A stretch of 64,000 nt of DNA from Marinilabiliaceae bacterium (GCA_050296935.1 JBNKRV010000211.1:2812-66811), one strand, 5' to 3'; numbered from the stretch's first letter, positions 48,579-60,500 are shown. Notes: generated from the sequence alone by a model not told the origin. Numbers and translations: made by a program.

Positions 48579-49520
48579 ATGGAGTTGATTAAAACCCAAT
48601 ATAGTGAATTAATAAAAATCAAAGCCCGGGAATTGGGTTTTGATGATTGTGGATTTACAAATGCTGCTGAATTAACCGATGATAAGGAAAGACTTAATAG
48701 TTGGTTAAGTGATAATAAGCATGGGAACATGCACTATATGGCCAATCATTTTGCCAAAAGAACCAATCCTTCTCTTTTAGTTGAAAATGCCAGATCGGTA
48801 ATCGTTTTACTATCGAATTACTATCCTAAAGAAAAACCTCTTCATGATGATTCTCCCATTGTGGCACGATATGCCTATGGCGAAGATTATCATCATGTAA
48901 TTAAAGCAAAATTAAAGGAACTTTTCAATTTTATTAAAACAGAGATTTACCCATCTCTCGAAGGTAGATTTTTTGTTGATTCCGCTCCTGTACTGGAAAG
49001 GAGTCTTGCAGTAAAGGCAGGATTGGGATGGATTGGTAAAAATACCAATTTGATACATAAAAGACTGGGAAGTTATGTATTCATCTCCGAATTAATCATC
49101 AATCTTGAATTACCCGAAGATAAACCTATGGAAGAGGCTTGTGGAGGATGCACGCGTTGTATTGATGCTTGCCCTACAAAAGCTATTTTATCTCCCCGGG
49201 ATTTAGATGCGCGAAAATGTATATCTTACCTTACCATTGAAAATCGCGATGAAATTCCAAATACGTATTCAGGAATGTTTAATAATCGTGTATATGGGTG
49301 CGATATCTGCCAGGAAGTTTGCCCATGGACATGGAAGTCTCGTCCTCATAATATTCAGGAGTTGAAGCCTGATCAATCGTTATTGGAACTCACCAAAAAA
49401 GATTGGGCTGAATTATCGCAGGAAAAATACAATGCTATATTTAAAAAATCTGCCATAAAAAGAGCAAAATATTCTGGCTTACGCAGAAATATTGATTTTC
49501 TACTTTCTAAAAAAGATTAG
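48579..49520 (+). CDS. queG: tRNA epoxyqueuosine(34) reductase
   Basis: Ferredoxin-type clusters CGGCTRCIDACPT and CDICQEVCPW, plus the cobalamin-binding N-terminal layout. Confidence 0.9.
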   Translation: MELIKTQYSELIKIKARELGFDDCGFTNAAELTDDKERLNSWLSDNKHGNMHYMANHFAKRTNPSLLVENARSVIVLLSNYYPKEKPLHDDSPIVARYAYGEDYHHVIKAKLKELFNFIKTEIYPSLEGRFFVDSAPVLERSLAVKAGLGWIGKNTNLIHKRLGSYVFISELIINLELPEDKPMEEACGGCTRCIDACPTKAILSPRDLDARKCISYLTIENRDEIPNTYSGMFNNRVYGCDICQEVCPWTWKSRPHNIQELKPDQSLLELTKKDWAELSQEKYNAIFKKSAIKRAKYSGLRRNIDFLLSKKD

Positions 49521-49563
49521 GCTCTCCTATAGACTTATTAACCAGAGTTCGACATAAAAATTT

Positions 49564-49752
49564 GGATTTATCGCATATAATTAATGATTATATAGATATT
49601 CGATAGAACTATGTTTCAGACCGTTTATAAATAGTCAGATTCAACTCAATATTCAGACTATTATAAAGAATTTTTGAGATGAAGATCGCTGTTTATATGA
49701 GGAAAACTAAAGTTTTTGCCCTAAAAAGCTGATTTACTGCGTTAAATTTTAA
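49564..49752 (+). repeat. repeat family 3, copy a (interrupted by an insertion of about 90 nt)
   Basis: 49564-49640 and 49731-49752 align with 57241-57333. Contains the near-palindrome ATATAATT-AAT-GATTATAT at 49575-49593. Confidence 0.75.
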
Positions 49753-49818
49753 GCGAATACAGGTTATTATAAAAAAACTTTATTAAATTTATGTAGCTGC
49801 AATTGCAATTTAACATAA

Positions 49819-50673
49819 ATGAGTAAGGTTAGTATTTCAAATTTTTACATTAAATCTATTGATGGTTTATTGCTACATGGTAACTATTGGAAGCCTGCAG
49901 GCAATACTAATGCGATAATATATCTTATACATGGATTAGGTGGTCATATTGGCCGTTTTTCCGATTTTGCTAACTCTTTTTGCAATAAGAATATTGCAGT
50001 TATTGGTATTGACTTAAGAGGGCATGGTCGATCGGAAGGTAAAAGGGGACATGCCAATAATTTATCAGAATTGATAGGTGATATCCATGCAATGATTATT
50101 TATGGGCAAGAATTAACCGGAAGTGAGATTCCTTATTTTTTATATGGAAATAGTATGGGTGGGTTGCTCGCAGTTCAATATGTGAATAGGATGAATGTTG
50201 AATTTAAAGGGGTTATATTGGCAGCACCATGGTTTCGGTTAACAAATACTCCTTCCGGATCCCTGATAAGAATTCTCCATATTATAAATTATTTTGTTCC
50301 TGAGTTCATAATAAGATCAAAAGTGAAATCTGAAGAATTACGAAGTGAAGTTGCTTATCAGGAGGAAGCCAGAAATGATAAGTTAGCCCATAATAGAATT
50401 TCAGTGCGACTATTGTTATTAGTATTAAAACTTGGAATAGATGTGTTGAAAACTAGGATGAAAAGTCCTCATTTGCCAGTGTTGATTTTTCATGGTGAAG
50501 ATGATCCTGTTACAAGTTCAGACGCAAGTAAGGATTTTTATACCTTAAATACATCACAGTGTACTTTAGTGATTTTAAAGGATACACTTCATGAAATACA
50601 TTTGGAACCTTGTTTTTATAATGTATTAAATCAAATAGAAAACTGGATAAAAGAAAATGATAAAAGGGAATAG
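49819..50673 (+). CDS. alpha/beta hydrolase (lysophospholipase / monoglyceride lipase-like)
   Basis: HGLGGH oxyanion region, nucleophile elbow GNSMGG, and C-terminal His (LHEI). Confidence 0.8.
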   Translation: MSKVSISNFYIKSIDGLLLHGNYWKPAGNTNAIIYLIHGLGGHIGRFSDFANSFCNKNIAVIGIDLRGHGRSEGKRGHANNLSELIGDIHAMIIYGQELTGSEIPYFLYGNSMGGLLAVQYVNRMNVEFKGVILAAPWFRLTNTPSGSLIRILHIINYFVPEFIIRSKVKSEELRSEVAYQEEARNDKLAHNRISVRLLLLVLKLGIDVLKTRMKSPHLPVLIFHGEDDPVTSSDASKDFYTLNTSQCTLVILKDTLHEIHLEPCFYNVLNQIENWIKENDKRE

Positions 50674-51652
50674 TTTTAGAACTGAAGTAGAGCCAGATAA
50701 ACATTTTTCAAGTATTGAATATGACAGTCCTGTTGTATTCATAGGTTCTTGCTTTGCGAATAATATTGGCGAAAAGTTTAAACAGAGCAGGATGAATGTT
50801 TTGGTAAATCCATATGGAGTTATTTACAATCCATATAGTGTCTCAAATACCATTAAATCAATTATTAACAAAAGAAAATATACGGCTTCAGATTTAAATT
50901 ATTACAACGGACTTTGGCATAGCTTTGCTCACCATAGTTCATTTTCAGATAAAGATCAGGATGTATGTCTTTCAAAAATAAACAATTCAAATGAGCAGGC
51001 AAATAGCTATTTAAAGAAGGCTGAATTTGTTTTTATCACTTTTGGAACGGCATGGGTATATCAAATGGTTGATACAGAGGTAGTCGTTTCTAATTGTCAT
51101 AAATATCCTGCTAAACGTTTCAATAGGTTTATTTTGAGTGTCGAAGAAATCGTAAAGGCCTATAAACATTTATTAACAGAATTGTTAGTTTTCAATCCTG
51201 AAGTTCAAGTGATATTTACTGTGAGTCCTGTTCGTCATTGGAAAGATGGTGCACATGGAAACCAGATTAGTAAAGCAACGCTTATGTTAGCTATTGATAG
51301 TCTGACAGAACAGTTTGAAAGTTGTAGCTATTTTCCTGCATTTGAATTGTTAATGGATGATCTAAGAGACTATCGGTTTTATGATGATGACATGCTACAT
51401 CCTAATAATCTGGCTATAGAATATATATGGAATAAGTTTAAATCTTGCTTTTTTTCATCTAATGCATTGCAATATCAAAAGGAGATGATTAAATTAGAGA
51501 AAGCTATTCAGCATAGACCTTATGATTCTACTTCTGAATCATATCAAATATTTCTCAAAAATCAGATTGAGAAAATTGAAAATCATAAAACAAAGTTTCC
51601 CAATGCGGATTTTGATATTGATTTAAATTATTTACGTAATAAATTAATTTAA
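50657..51652 (+). CDS. GSCFA domain-containing protein
   Basis: Eponymous FIGSCFA motif near the N-terminus. Overlaps the upstream stop by 17 nt. Confidence 0.8.
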   Translation: MIKGNSFRTEVEPDKHFSSIEYDSPVVFIGSCFANNIGEKFKQSRMNVLVNPYGVIYNPYSVSNTIKSIINKRKYTASDLNYYNGLWHSFAHHSSFSDKDQDVCLSKINNSNEQANSYLKKAEFVFITFGTAWVYQMVDTEVVVSNCHKYPAKRFNRFILSVEEIVKAYKHLLTELLVFNPEVQVIFTVSPVRHWKDGAHGNQISKATLMLAIDSLTEQFESCSYFPAFELLMDDLRDYRFYDDDMLHPNNLAIEYIWNKFKSCFFSSNALQYQKEMIKLEKAIQHRPYDSTSESYQIFLKNQIEKIENHKTKFPNADFDIDLNYLRNKLI

Positions 51653-51835
51653 ATTGATGTTATTTATCCTTAAAAAAATACAAAATATTACTAAAATAGC
51701 GTTTTAAATTACAGATTGTTATAAATTTAATGAAGAATTTTAAATGATTTGGAACCAGGTTTCAGATTATTCCCTATGAATAGTTTTGTGTTATTTAATG
51801 CTTTTTTGTTGTGAATAAAATAAACAGTTAAATTA

Positions 51836-53767
51836 ATGTCCTATCTAACTTTTGAAAAATCCAAATTGATTAATCTTGAGCAATCTCTATTTAAGGAGAT
51901 TCTCAGAACAAACCGGGCAGGATCTTATTCAAGTTCCAGTATTATTGGTTGCAATACCCGAAAATATCATGGTTTGTTAGTTTGCCCTTTACCAAATTTT
52001 GAAATGACCCGGTATGTACTTCTAAGTACATTAGATGCTACTGTAGTTCAGCATGATAAGGAATTTAATCTAGGTATTCATAAATATAGTAATAATCATT
52101 ATGAACCTAAAGGACATAAATATATACGTGATCTCGAATTTGATGTCCTCCCAAGAAAAGTATATCGTGTTGGGGGTGTTTTACTTTCAGTTGAAGAGGT
52201 TCTTGTTGAAAAAGAAGAGCAAATATTAGTAAAATATACGCTTTTGGAAGCTCATTCAGAGACTCGCCTTAAACTAAAACCGTTTTTAGCCAATAGAAGT
52301 GTTCATGAACTGACCTTTCAAAACCTGGAGGCTAATACCAGATTTGAAAACATTCCTAATGGGATAAGTTTGCAGATGTATCCTGATATTCCGGGGTTAA
52401 ATATGCAGCTAAATAAAAAAAGCGAATTTGTCGCCATTCCGGATTGGTATAGGGGTATTGAATATTTTAAAGAGGAGAGAAGAGGGTATCATTATAAAGA
52501 AGATTTATATGTGCCCGGATATTTTGAGGTTGAAATAAAAAAGGGTGAAAGTGTTATTTTTTCTGCTTCCACTAAGGAATTCAATCCCGAAGGATTTACG
52601 GCTCGTTTTAATAAAGAAGTAGAAAAGCGGATTCCCAGAGATGGATTTTACAGTAACCTATTGAACTCTGCTCAGCAGTTTTTTGTATCCAATGGCAAAA
52701 TTGTAACCATGGTTGCTGGATATCACTGGTATAAAGACAGACTTAGAGATACCTTGATTGCTGCACCTATGTTAACAGAATCCCTGGGCGATTTTGAGCT
52801 GTTTTTAAAAGTTATGGAATCAACTGCCAATATCATAACGAAAACGATAAAGGATAAGCACATTGAAAATATGAAAGAAGCTGATACCCCACTGTGGTTC
52901 TTTTGGACTCTACAGCAATGTTGGCGAAAATCTTGTTTAGTTGAAATGTTTGCCAGATACCAGAGTTTTCTTGAAATGGTGATTGACACATATCTCAACG
53001 GACGATTTAAAAATGCTAAAGTGGAGGATGATGGTTTAATATCTATTTATGATGAAAATACTCCTCTAACATGGATGAATGGTATTGTTGATGGGAAACC
53101 TGTTACACCGCGAAATGGAAAATGTGTAGAAATTAATGCTTTGTGGTATAATGCATTAAAAATGTATCTGGATATTTCAGAAAAAGTAAAGAATAACAGT
53201 GAATTTACAACCAAAGTTAAAGAAGTACTGGATAAATTAGAAACCTCTTTTGTTGATGTATTCTGGAATGATGAGGAAGAGTGTCTTTATGATCTGGTGG
53301 ATGGGGAATTTAAGGATTCATCTATAAGACCGAATCAGGTTTTTACAACAGCCTTTGAATTTTCACCTCTTACAAACGAACAGAAAAAGAGTGTGATTGA
53401 TATCGCAAAAGAGGATTTATTGACACCCAAAGGACTTAGGTCTTTATCACCTAAGAATCCATTGTACGATGGCGTTATGGGTGGAATTTCTCATAAGAGG
53501 GAGGTCGGATTCCATCAAGGTACAGTTTGGCCATGGTTAATATCTTTTTATGCTGAAGGTTTCTTAAAGCTACATAAACAAAGTGGAATAAGTCATATAA
53601 AGCGCATTGCAGATAATTTTGAAGAAGAAATTACGCATCATTGCATAGGAACATTATCTGAATATTACGACGGAAGCCCGCCACATATGGGTAAAGGTGC
53701 TGTAAGTATGGCATGGAACGTAGCAGGAGTACTTAAAATTTTAAAACTAATTGAAATATACAGCTAA
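51836..53767 (+). CDS. glycogen debranching enzyme family protein (amylo-alpha-1,6-glucosidase, GH133)
   Basis: N-terminal GDE_N-type segment (CNTRKYHGLLV) and a C-terminal (alpha/alpha)6 GDE_C region (HQGTVWPW). Confidence 0.85.
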   Translation: MSYLTFEKSKLINLEQSLFKEILRTNRAGSYSSSSIIGCNTRKYHGLLVCPLPNFEMTRYVLLSTLDATVVQHDKEFNLGIHKYSNNHYEPKGHKYIRDLEFDVLPRKVYRVGGVLLSVEEVLVEKEEQILVKYTLLEAHSETRLKLKPFLANRSVHELTFQNLEANTRFENIPNGISLQMYPDIPGLNMQLNKKSEFVAIPDWYRGIEYFKEERRGYHYKEDLYVPGYFEVEIKKGESVIFSASTKEFNPEGFTARFNKEVEKRIPRDGFYSNLLNSAQQFFVSNGKIVTMVAGYHWYKDRLRDTLIAAPMLTESLGDFELFLKVMESTANIITKTIKDKHIENMKEADTPLWFFWTLQQCWRKSCLVEMFARYQSFLEMVIDTYLNGRFKNAKVEDDGLISIYDENTPLTWMNGIVDGKPVTPRNGKCVEINALWYNALKMYLDISEKVKNNSEFTTKVKEVLDKLETSFVDVFWNDEEECLYDLVDGEFKDSSIRPNQVFTTAFEFSPLTNEQKKSVIDIAKEDLLTPKGLRSLSPKNPLYDGVMGGISHKREVGFHQGTVWPWLISFYAEGFLKLHKQSGISHIKRIADNFEEEITHHCIGTLSEYYDGSPPHMGKGAVSMAWNVAGVLKILKLIEIYS

Positions 53768-53768
53768 T

Positions 53769-55067
53769 ATGAGGGTATTAATGTTTGGCTGGGAGTTTCC
53801 TCCTCATATTACAGGTGGGCTCGGAACAGCATGTTATGGTTTAACAAGAGGATTATCACACATTAAGGATTTAGACGTACTATTTGTCGTTCCAAAGGCA
53901 TATGGTGATGAAGATCAAAGTGCGATTAGGTTAATGGGAGCTAATGATGTATCCATTCGTCAGATGAAAATTGATCTCAAAAAGTTTGAGAAAGAAATGG
54001 ATTATATTGAGGTGGATACACATATTATCCCCTATGTTGATCCTGAGGATTACTGGAAATTAACCAAAACAAAGGTTAAGGGAGAAAAGAAAATTGTGCA
54101 TACAAATGAGGAGGGTAAAATTGACTTTTCAGGAAAGTATGGAGCAGATTTACTTCATGAAATATCAAATTATGCATTGGTCTCTTCTGTAATTGCCCAG
54201 CAAAATGAGTTTGATGTTATTCATGCACACGACTGGCTGGCTTATCCGGCTGGAATTGCTGCAAAAGAAGCATCAGGAAAACCTTTGGTTGTTCATGTGC
54301 ATGCAACAGATTTTGATAGAAGCGGAGGAAGTGTGAATCCTGCAGTTTATGAAATTGAGAAACGAGGATTAGATGCTGCGGATAAAGTGATCACTGTGAG
54401 TAATCTGACCCGAAACATCGTAGTGGAAAAGTACGGTGTAGATCCGGATAAGGTTGTTACTGTGTACAATGCAGTGGAGCCCAAGGAAGAAGATGTAAGT
54501 AATCCTGTTAAAAAGAAAAAGGGTGAGAAAATTGTTACTTTTTTAGGAAGAATTACCATGCAAAAGGGGCCTGAGTATTTTATTGAGGCCGCCTACAGGG
54601 TGTTGCAGAAGATGGATAATGTGAGGTTTGTGATGGCCGGAAGTGGAGATATGATGGAGAAAATGATACGGAGAGCAGCAGAATTAAAGATAACAGATAA
54701 ATTCCACTTTACGGGTTTCTTAAAGGGAGAGGAAGTTTTTACCATGCTGCGGATGAGTGATTTGTACGTGATGCCTTCTGTGTCTGAACCATTTGGAATA
54801 TCACCATTGGAGGCTATGCAAAGCAATGTTCCGGTTCTTATATCATATCAATCCGGTGTTGCAGAGATACTTAATCACGCCATAAAAACAAATTTCTGGG
54901 ATATTGACGCCATGGCAGATGCCATGTATGGAGTATTGAAATATCCTTCTTTATCAACTATGTTTATACATCATGGGAAAAGTGAAGTAGAGGCTTTAAA
55001 ATGGGAAGATTCTGCCATAAAAGTTAAAGAAGTATATGATTCTGTTGTCCCTGTATCAACTATCTAA
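53769..55067 (+). CDS. glycosyltransferase family 4 (glycogen-synthase-like)
   Basis: MRVLMFGWEFPPHITGGLG start (ATG at 53769, directly after the upstream stop) and the EPFGISPLEAM motif of GT-B retaining transferases. Confidence 0.85.
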   Translation: MRVLMFGWEFPPHITGGLGTACYGLTRGLSHIKDLDVLFVVPKAYGDEDQSAIRLMGANDVSIRQMKIDLKKFEKEMDYIEVDTHIIPYVDPEDYWKLTKTKVKGEKKIVHTNEEGKIDFSGKYGADLLHEISNYALVSSVIAQQNEFDVIHAHDWLAYPAGIAAKEASGKPLVVHVHATDFDRSGGSVNPAVYEIEKRGLDAADKVITVSNLTRNIVVEKYGVDPDKVVTVYNAVEPKEEDVSNPVKKKKGEKIVTFLGRITMQKGPEYFIEAAYRVLQKMDNVRFVMAGSGDMMEKMIRRAAELKITDKFHFTGFLKGEEVFTMLRMSDLYVMPSVSEPFGISPLEAMQSNVPVLISYQSGVAEILNHAIKTNFWDIDAMADAMYGVLKYPSLSTMFIHHGKSEVEALKWEDSAIKVKEVYDSVVPVSTI

Positions 55068-55087
55068 CCATTAAAATCCAAAGTATT

Positions 55088-56410
55088 ATGAAAACTATCT
55101 GCTTATATTTTCAAGTTCATCAACCATTAAGATTTCGTCGTTACCGATTCTTTGATATCGGCAATAATCACTATTACTATGATGATTATACAAATGAGAG
55201 CATACTACTAAAGATTGCACAAAAATGCTATTTACCGACAAATGAAATATTATTAAAGTTAATTAAGAATAATAAAGGTAAATTTAAGGTTGCCTTTTCT
55301 ATTTCAGGTATCGCTATAAAACAATTTCAGTTGTATGTGCCAGAGGTAATTGAGAGTTTTAAAAGACTTGCAGACACCGGACAGGTGGAGTTTTTAGCTG
55401 AAACATATTGTCATTCATTAGTTTCGTTGAAAGATAAGAATGAATTTGAAAGACAAGTTAAAAAACATCATCAGGTTATAAAGGAGTTGTTTAATCAGGA
55501 GCCCAGAGTATTTAGAAATACGGAGCTGATCTATTCTGATGAAATGGGTGATATGGTCTCCAAACTGGGGTATCAAGCCATGTTGACGGAAGGAGCAAAG
55601 CATGTTTTAGGATGGAAGAGTCCGAATTATCTATACTGTAATAGTGTGAACCCCAAACTTAAAGTCTTACTTAAAAACTTTGTGCTAAGTGATGATATTG
55701 CTTTTCGTTTTGGAAATAAAGGTTGGAGTGAATGGCCTTTAACTCCGGAAAAATATACCCAATGGTTGAAGGATCTTGATCCAAAATCAGAGGTTGTTAA
55801 CTTGTTTTTAGATTATGAAACTTTTGGGGAACATCAATGGAAAGATACTGGTATTTTTGAGTTTCTTGAAAGATGGCCGGAGGTTTTACTCAAAGAAAAA
55901 GGGTTTTCATTTTCAACACCTTCAGAGGTAGCTAAAGACTTACAGCCGGTTTCAGCAATAAATGTACCTTATCCAATATCATGGGCTGATGAAGAAAGAG
56001 ATTTAACGGCATGGCTGGGTAATGAAATGCAGGAAGAGGCCTTTAATAAACTGTATGCCTTGCTTCCAAAAATAGAGAAATGTACAGATCCAAAGTTGTG
56101 TGATGATTGGATTTATCTTCAGGCTAGTGATCATTTTTATTATATGTGTACAAAATATTTTTCCGATGGAGATGTTCATGCATATTTTAATCCTTATGAA
56201 TCACCATATCAGGCATTTATTAATTATATGAATGTGCTTAGTGACTTTACTTTAAGATTAAATGCTGCAGTTCCTGAGAGTAGTGAGGATGAGACTATTT
56301 CGCACCTTTCCCAAATATTATCCGAAAAAGAAACGAAAATAGCACAACTCGAAGCTGATATTAATAAGTTAAGAGCAAAAAAACTAAAAACCAAAAGTAA
56401 AGTGTTGTAA
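55088..56410 (+). CDS. glycoside hydrolase family 57 protein
   Basis: FQVHQP start, catalytic region DYETFGEH, and a C-terminal coiled-coil tail. Confidence 0.85.
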   Translation: MKTICLYFQVHQPLRFRRYRFFDIGNNHYYYDDYTNESILLKIAQKCYLPTNEILLKLIKNNKGKFKVAFSISGIAIKQFQLYVPEVIESFKRLADTGQVEFLAETYCHSLVSLKDKNEFERQVKKHHQVIKELFNQEPRVFRNTELIYSDEMGDMVSKLGYQAMLTEGAKHVLGWKSPNYLYCNSVNPKLKVLLKNFVLSDDIAFRFGNKGWSEWPLTPEKYTQWLKDLDPKSEVVNLFLDYETFGEHQWKDTGIFEFLERWPEVLLKEKGFSFSTPSEVAKDLQPVSAINVPYPISWADEERDLTAWLGNEMQEEAFNKLYALLPKIEKCTDPKLCDDWIYLQASDHFYYMCTKYFSDGDVHAYFNPYESPYQAFINYMNVLSDFTLRLNAAVPESSEDETISHLSQILSEKETKIAQLEADINKLRAKKLKTKSKVL

Positions 56411-56626
56411 ATCATGCGAGCATTAAATAATGCATGCTATAACCGCGACTACTATAGTTATAATGAATCGAAATAATTTGGGGGATTAATTCCCGGGAAG
56501 TTATTTTGGATAATACTTCAATAATAAATTGGTATTTAATGGATGTTGTAATTTATTTCTTTATTAACTTTCAGTAGAATAAACAATAAGCCTAATTAGT
56601 CACAATTTAAATAATCAGAGAAAATT

Positions 56627-56938
56627 ATGAGTATCAAAAAGCAATTCTTAAAAAGTAAACCAGAGTGTAAAGTTACATTCAAGTTCGAAAAACAAAATGG
56701 TTTAACACCTGAAACCGTAAAGTTAATTGGAGACTTTAATGGTTGGGATACTACAGTTGAACCAATGAAACCCCTGAAATCTGGTGATTTTACTCAAACC
56801 GTTAATCTTACCAGCGGAACTCAGGTTCAGTTTAGATATCTGGTTAATGATGCTGAGTGGATTAATGAAGAGGAAGCTGATGGTTATATTGATAACGGAA
56901 TGGGAACTTTCGAAAAGAATAGTATTTTAAATCTTTAG
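56627..56938 (+). CDS. stand-alone glycogen-binding domain protein (CBM48 / isoamylase N-terminal-like)
   Basis: GDFNGWD and FRYLVND motifs of the early-set/CBM48 fold. Length 103 aa. Confidence 0.75.
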   Translation: MSIKKQFLKSKPECKVTFKFEKQNGLTPETVKLIGDFNGWDTTVEPMKPLKSGDFTQTVNLTSGTQVQFRYLVNDAEWINEEEADGYIDNGMGTFEKNSILNL

Positions 56939-56964
56939 TGATTTAGGTTACTTACTTTTTATTA

Positions 56965-57016
56965 AACCTACAATGCACGTTGTACATTTAACATGGTGCA
57001 TATGTAGGTTGTTTTT
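56965..57016 (+). terminator. long hairpin plus T-run after the CBM48 gene
   Basis: AACCTACAATGCAC ... GTGCATATGTAGGTT followed by GTTTTT. Confidence 0.65.
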
Positions 57017-57240
57017 CTATGTATATATTGAATAATTAGTACCATCATTTATTCAATTATATATCAGGAAATTAAGTATTGTATATGCTTGTATTATTGG
57101 AATTTCCTTCAAAATATGGTAGGCTTTGTTGTAGAAGGATGGAAATTTATTCATTTAAAACACAAACTCAATACTTTTTTCAATGAGATTATTCTGTATT
57201 ATTTAAAATATCTAATAGCCTGAGTTTGATATAAAATTCT

Positions 57241-57333
57241 GAATTTATCTCATATAATCAATGATTATATAGGTATTCGATAGAACTATGTTTCAGACCG
57301 CTTAATAAATAGTGATCTACTGCGTTAAATTTT
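57241..57333 (+). repeat. repeat family 3, copy b (uninterrupted)
   Basis: Aligns with 49564..49752. Perfect palindrome ATATAATC-AAT-GATTATAT at 57252-57270. Confidence 0.75.
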
Positions 57334-57542
57334 TTGAGCTAGTGAGCTAGCCCTGCAAAATTTACCTCGTATATCAGCCTTTTAATCAATCTGAATTCGA
57401 AAATTTTAATTGAATTCAGGTTAAGAGTAGTGTTTGTTCTGTAAATGCCTGTAAAAGAAAATTTTAAAGGCAAGTATTGTAAGGGAAAATTTTTTTTCGG
57501 AATGTCGGTGGAAACCGCACATATATTAATATCTGATTAACA

Positions 57543-60500
57543 ATGATAGATAATAATTTAAAACCTGATTTTGTTTTTGAAACAAGCTGGGAGGTATGTA
57601 ATAAATTAGGCGGTATTCATACCGTGTTGTCTACTAAGGCTCTGACTTTAGTTGAGAATTTTGGCGACAAAGTGGTTTTTATTGGTCCGGATGTTTTTGC
57701 CGGAGGAAAAAAAACTGATGAATTTGAACAAGACAACAGCTTGTTTCCGGAATGGAAACATTTGCTGGAAAAAGAAGGGTTAAGAGTGCGTACCGGACGA
57801 TGGAAGGTTGTAGGTAGACCAATTACTTTACTAATCGACTTCAGTACCTTTGTGCCTCAGAAAAATGATATTTTATCTAGATTCTGGGAATTGTATCATG
57901 TCGATTCACTTTCCGGCCAATGGGATTATATCGAATCTGTTGTTTTTGGATTTGCAGTAGGTAAAATTATAGAAAGCTTTTATAAATGTTATTTAAACGT
58001 AAATACAAAGGTTGTTGCTCAATTTAATGAGTGGATGACAGGGGGTGGTGCTTTGTACTTAAAATCAAGTCTTCCACAGGTTGGAACAATATTTACAACA
58101 CATGCTACAGTTGTTGGCCGTTCATTAGCAGGTCATGGTGAGCCTATGTATGATGAATTATCAAGTTTTGATGCAGATATGCGTTCGCACGACCTTGGTG
58201 TTGTGGCCAAGCATTCCATTGAGAAAAAAAGTGCCATAAATGTTGATTGCTTTACTACTGTTTCTGCAATTACTGCTAAAGAATGTGAGCAGTTTATGGA
58301 TCGTAAAGTAGATGTAATAACGCCTAATGGTTTTGAAAATAACTTCGTACCAAAGGAAGGCGAGTTTGAAGAGAAACGTCAGTTTGCACGCCTGAAACTA
58401 AAAAATGTATCAGAGGCATTGTTGGGGTGTGAATTATCTGAAGATGCTTTGTTTGTTGCTAATAGTGGAAGATATGAGTATAGAAATAAAGGGATAGATG
58501 TATTTCTGGATAGTCTTAAGCATCTTAATGAGGATAAAAATTACAATCGTGAAACCATTGTTTTTATATTGATTCCGGCAAATAATTTTGGAGCAAGAAA
58601 AGATTTAATTGCCAAACTAAATGGTAATAATGAAAGTGTATTGGAAAATCCATTTCTCACACATGGATTAAACGATTTAGGATATGACCCTATTATTAAT
58701 AAAATTCAGGACATCCATTTGAATAATGATAAGGATGATAAGGTGAAATTAATTTTTGTACCCTCTTATTTAAATGGAGATGATGGTATCTTTAATATAC
58801 CTTATTACGATATTCTGATAGGAATGGATTTAACTGTTTTTCCTTCTTATTATGAACCTTGGGGCTACACCCCTCTGGAGAGCCTTGCTTTTTATATTCC
58901 TACCATAACCACAAATCTGGCCGGTTTTGGAATCTGGGCCAGTCAGTTTTCAAAAAGTATTGATGAAGGAGTTGAAGTGGTTGAACGCAATGACCACAAC
59001 ATAGATGATGCCACTATTCAGATTGCAAATGCTATTAAAAACTTTGCCTCCAAAAGTGTTGAGGAAGTATCAGTAATCAGAAATAAATCTCAGGAAATCT
59101 CCCGTAAAGTTGAATGGGATTACTTGTTTGATAATTATTTAAAAGCTTATCATATTGCACTAGAGGCTGTTTCCAGCAGAAAAGAACAGATTGAAGAAGT
59201 TAAGCATGAAAAAAGAATTCATGTAAAACCTGAAAAATCATCTTTACCTGTGTGGAAAAAATTAGTAGTTAAGTGTAAGTTGCCACCAAAAATACAACAC
59301 TTAACCGAGTTGTCTCATAATTTGTGGTGGACATGGAATTATAAAGCTGCAGATCTTTTTGAATCTATTGAGCCTGAGATGTGGCTTAAATCGGGTAAAA
59401 ATCCTATTCGATTATTGGAAAGAGTAAGCTACGATTATCTGGTTGAACTTTCTGAAAAACCGAAGTTTATTGAGGATCTGAATCATGTATATGGATTGTT
59501 CAAGGCGTATATGGATCGGGAAAAGAGAGAAGATCCTTCTATTGCTTATTTCAGTATGGAATATGGAATAAATGATGTGTTGAAAATTTATTCCGGAGGA
59601 TTAGGTGTATTAGCAGGAGACTATTTGAAGGAAGCGAGCGATTCAAATGTAAATATGACTGCTATTGGTTTATTGTACAAATATGGATATTTCAGGCAGT
59701 CGCTTACCATACATGGAGATCAACAATCTAATTTTGATTTGCAGGAGTTTTCAACACTGCCATTAACAGAGGTGAAGAAAAGTGATGGGTCGCCTTTGGT
59801 GATGGAAATGAGCGCTCCCGGTAGAACGGTTCATGTTAAAGTATGGAGAGCTGATGTTGGTAGGGTGGCGTTATATCTGTTAGATACAGATCATGATTTT
59901 AATAGTGAAAGTGACCGTCATATCACCCATAGTTTGTACGGTGGAGATTGGGAGAACAGGCTAAAGCAGGAGATATTGCTAGGTATGGGAGGTATACAGC
60001 TGCTTGATGAACTGGGAATTAAAACCAACCTGTTTCACTGTAATGAAGGGCATGCTGCATTAATTAATATTTCGCGCTTAATGAAATATATGCATGAACA
60101 TTACAGTTTCTCTGAGGCGTTAGAGTTAGTAAGAGCTTCTTCTTTATTTACAACTCATACTCCGGTTCCTGCTGGTCATGATAAATTTCAAGAGGATTTG
60201 ATCAGAGTATATTTCAGGCATATTCCAGAAGTACTACAAATATCATGGAATGATTTTATGGCATTAGGTAGAGAAAATCCTGATGATTTTAATGAAAAGT
60301 TTTCCATGAGTGTGCTGGCAGTAAAAACATCGCAGAAGATTAATGGTGTAAGCTGGCTTCACGGTGAAGTGTCTCGTCAAATGTTTAAAAACTTATGGAA
60401 AGGGTATTTCCCTGAGGAAGTACCTATTGGGTATGTGACCAATGGCGTGCACTATGGAACATGGACAGCTAGTGATTGGCAGGAATTATATGCAAAGGAG

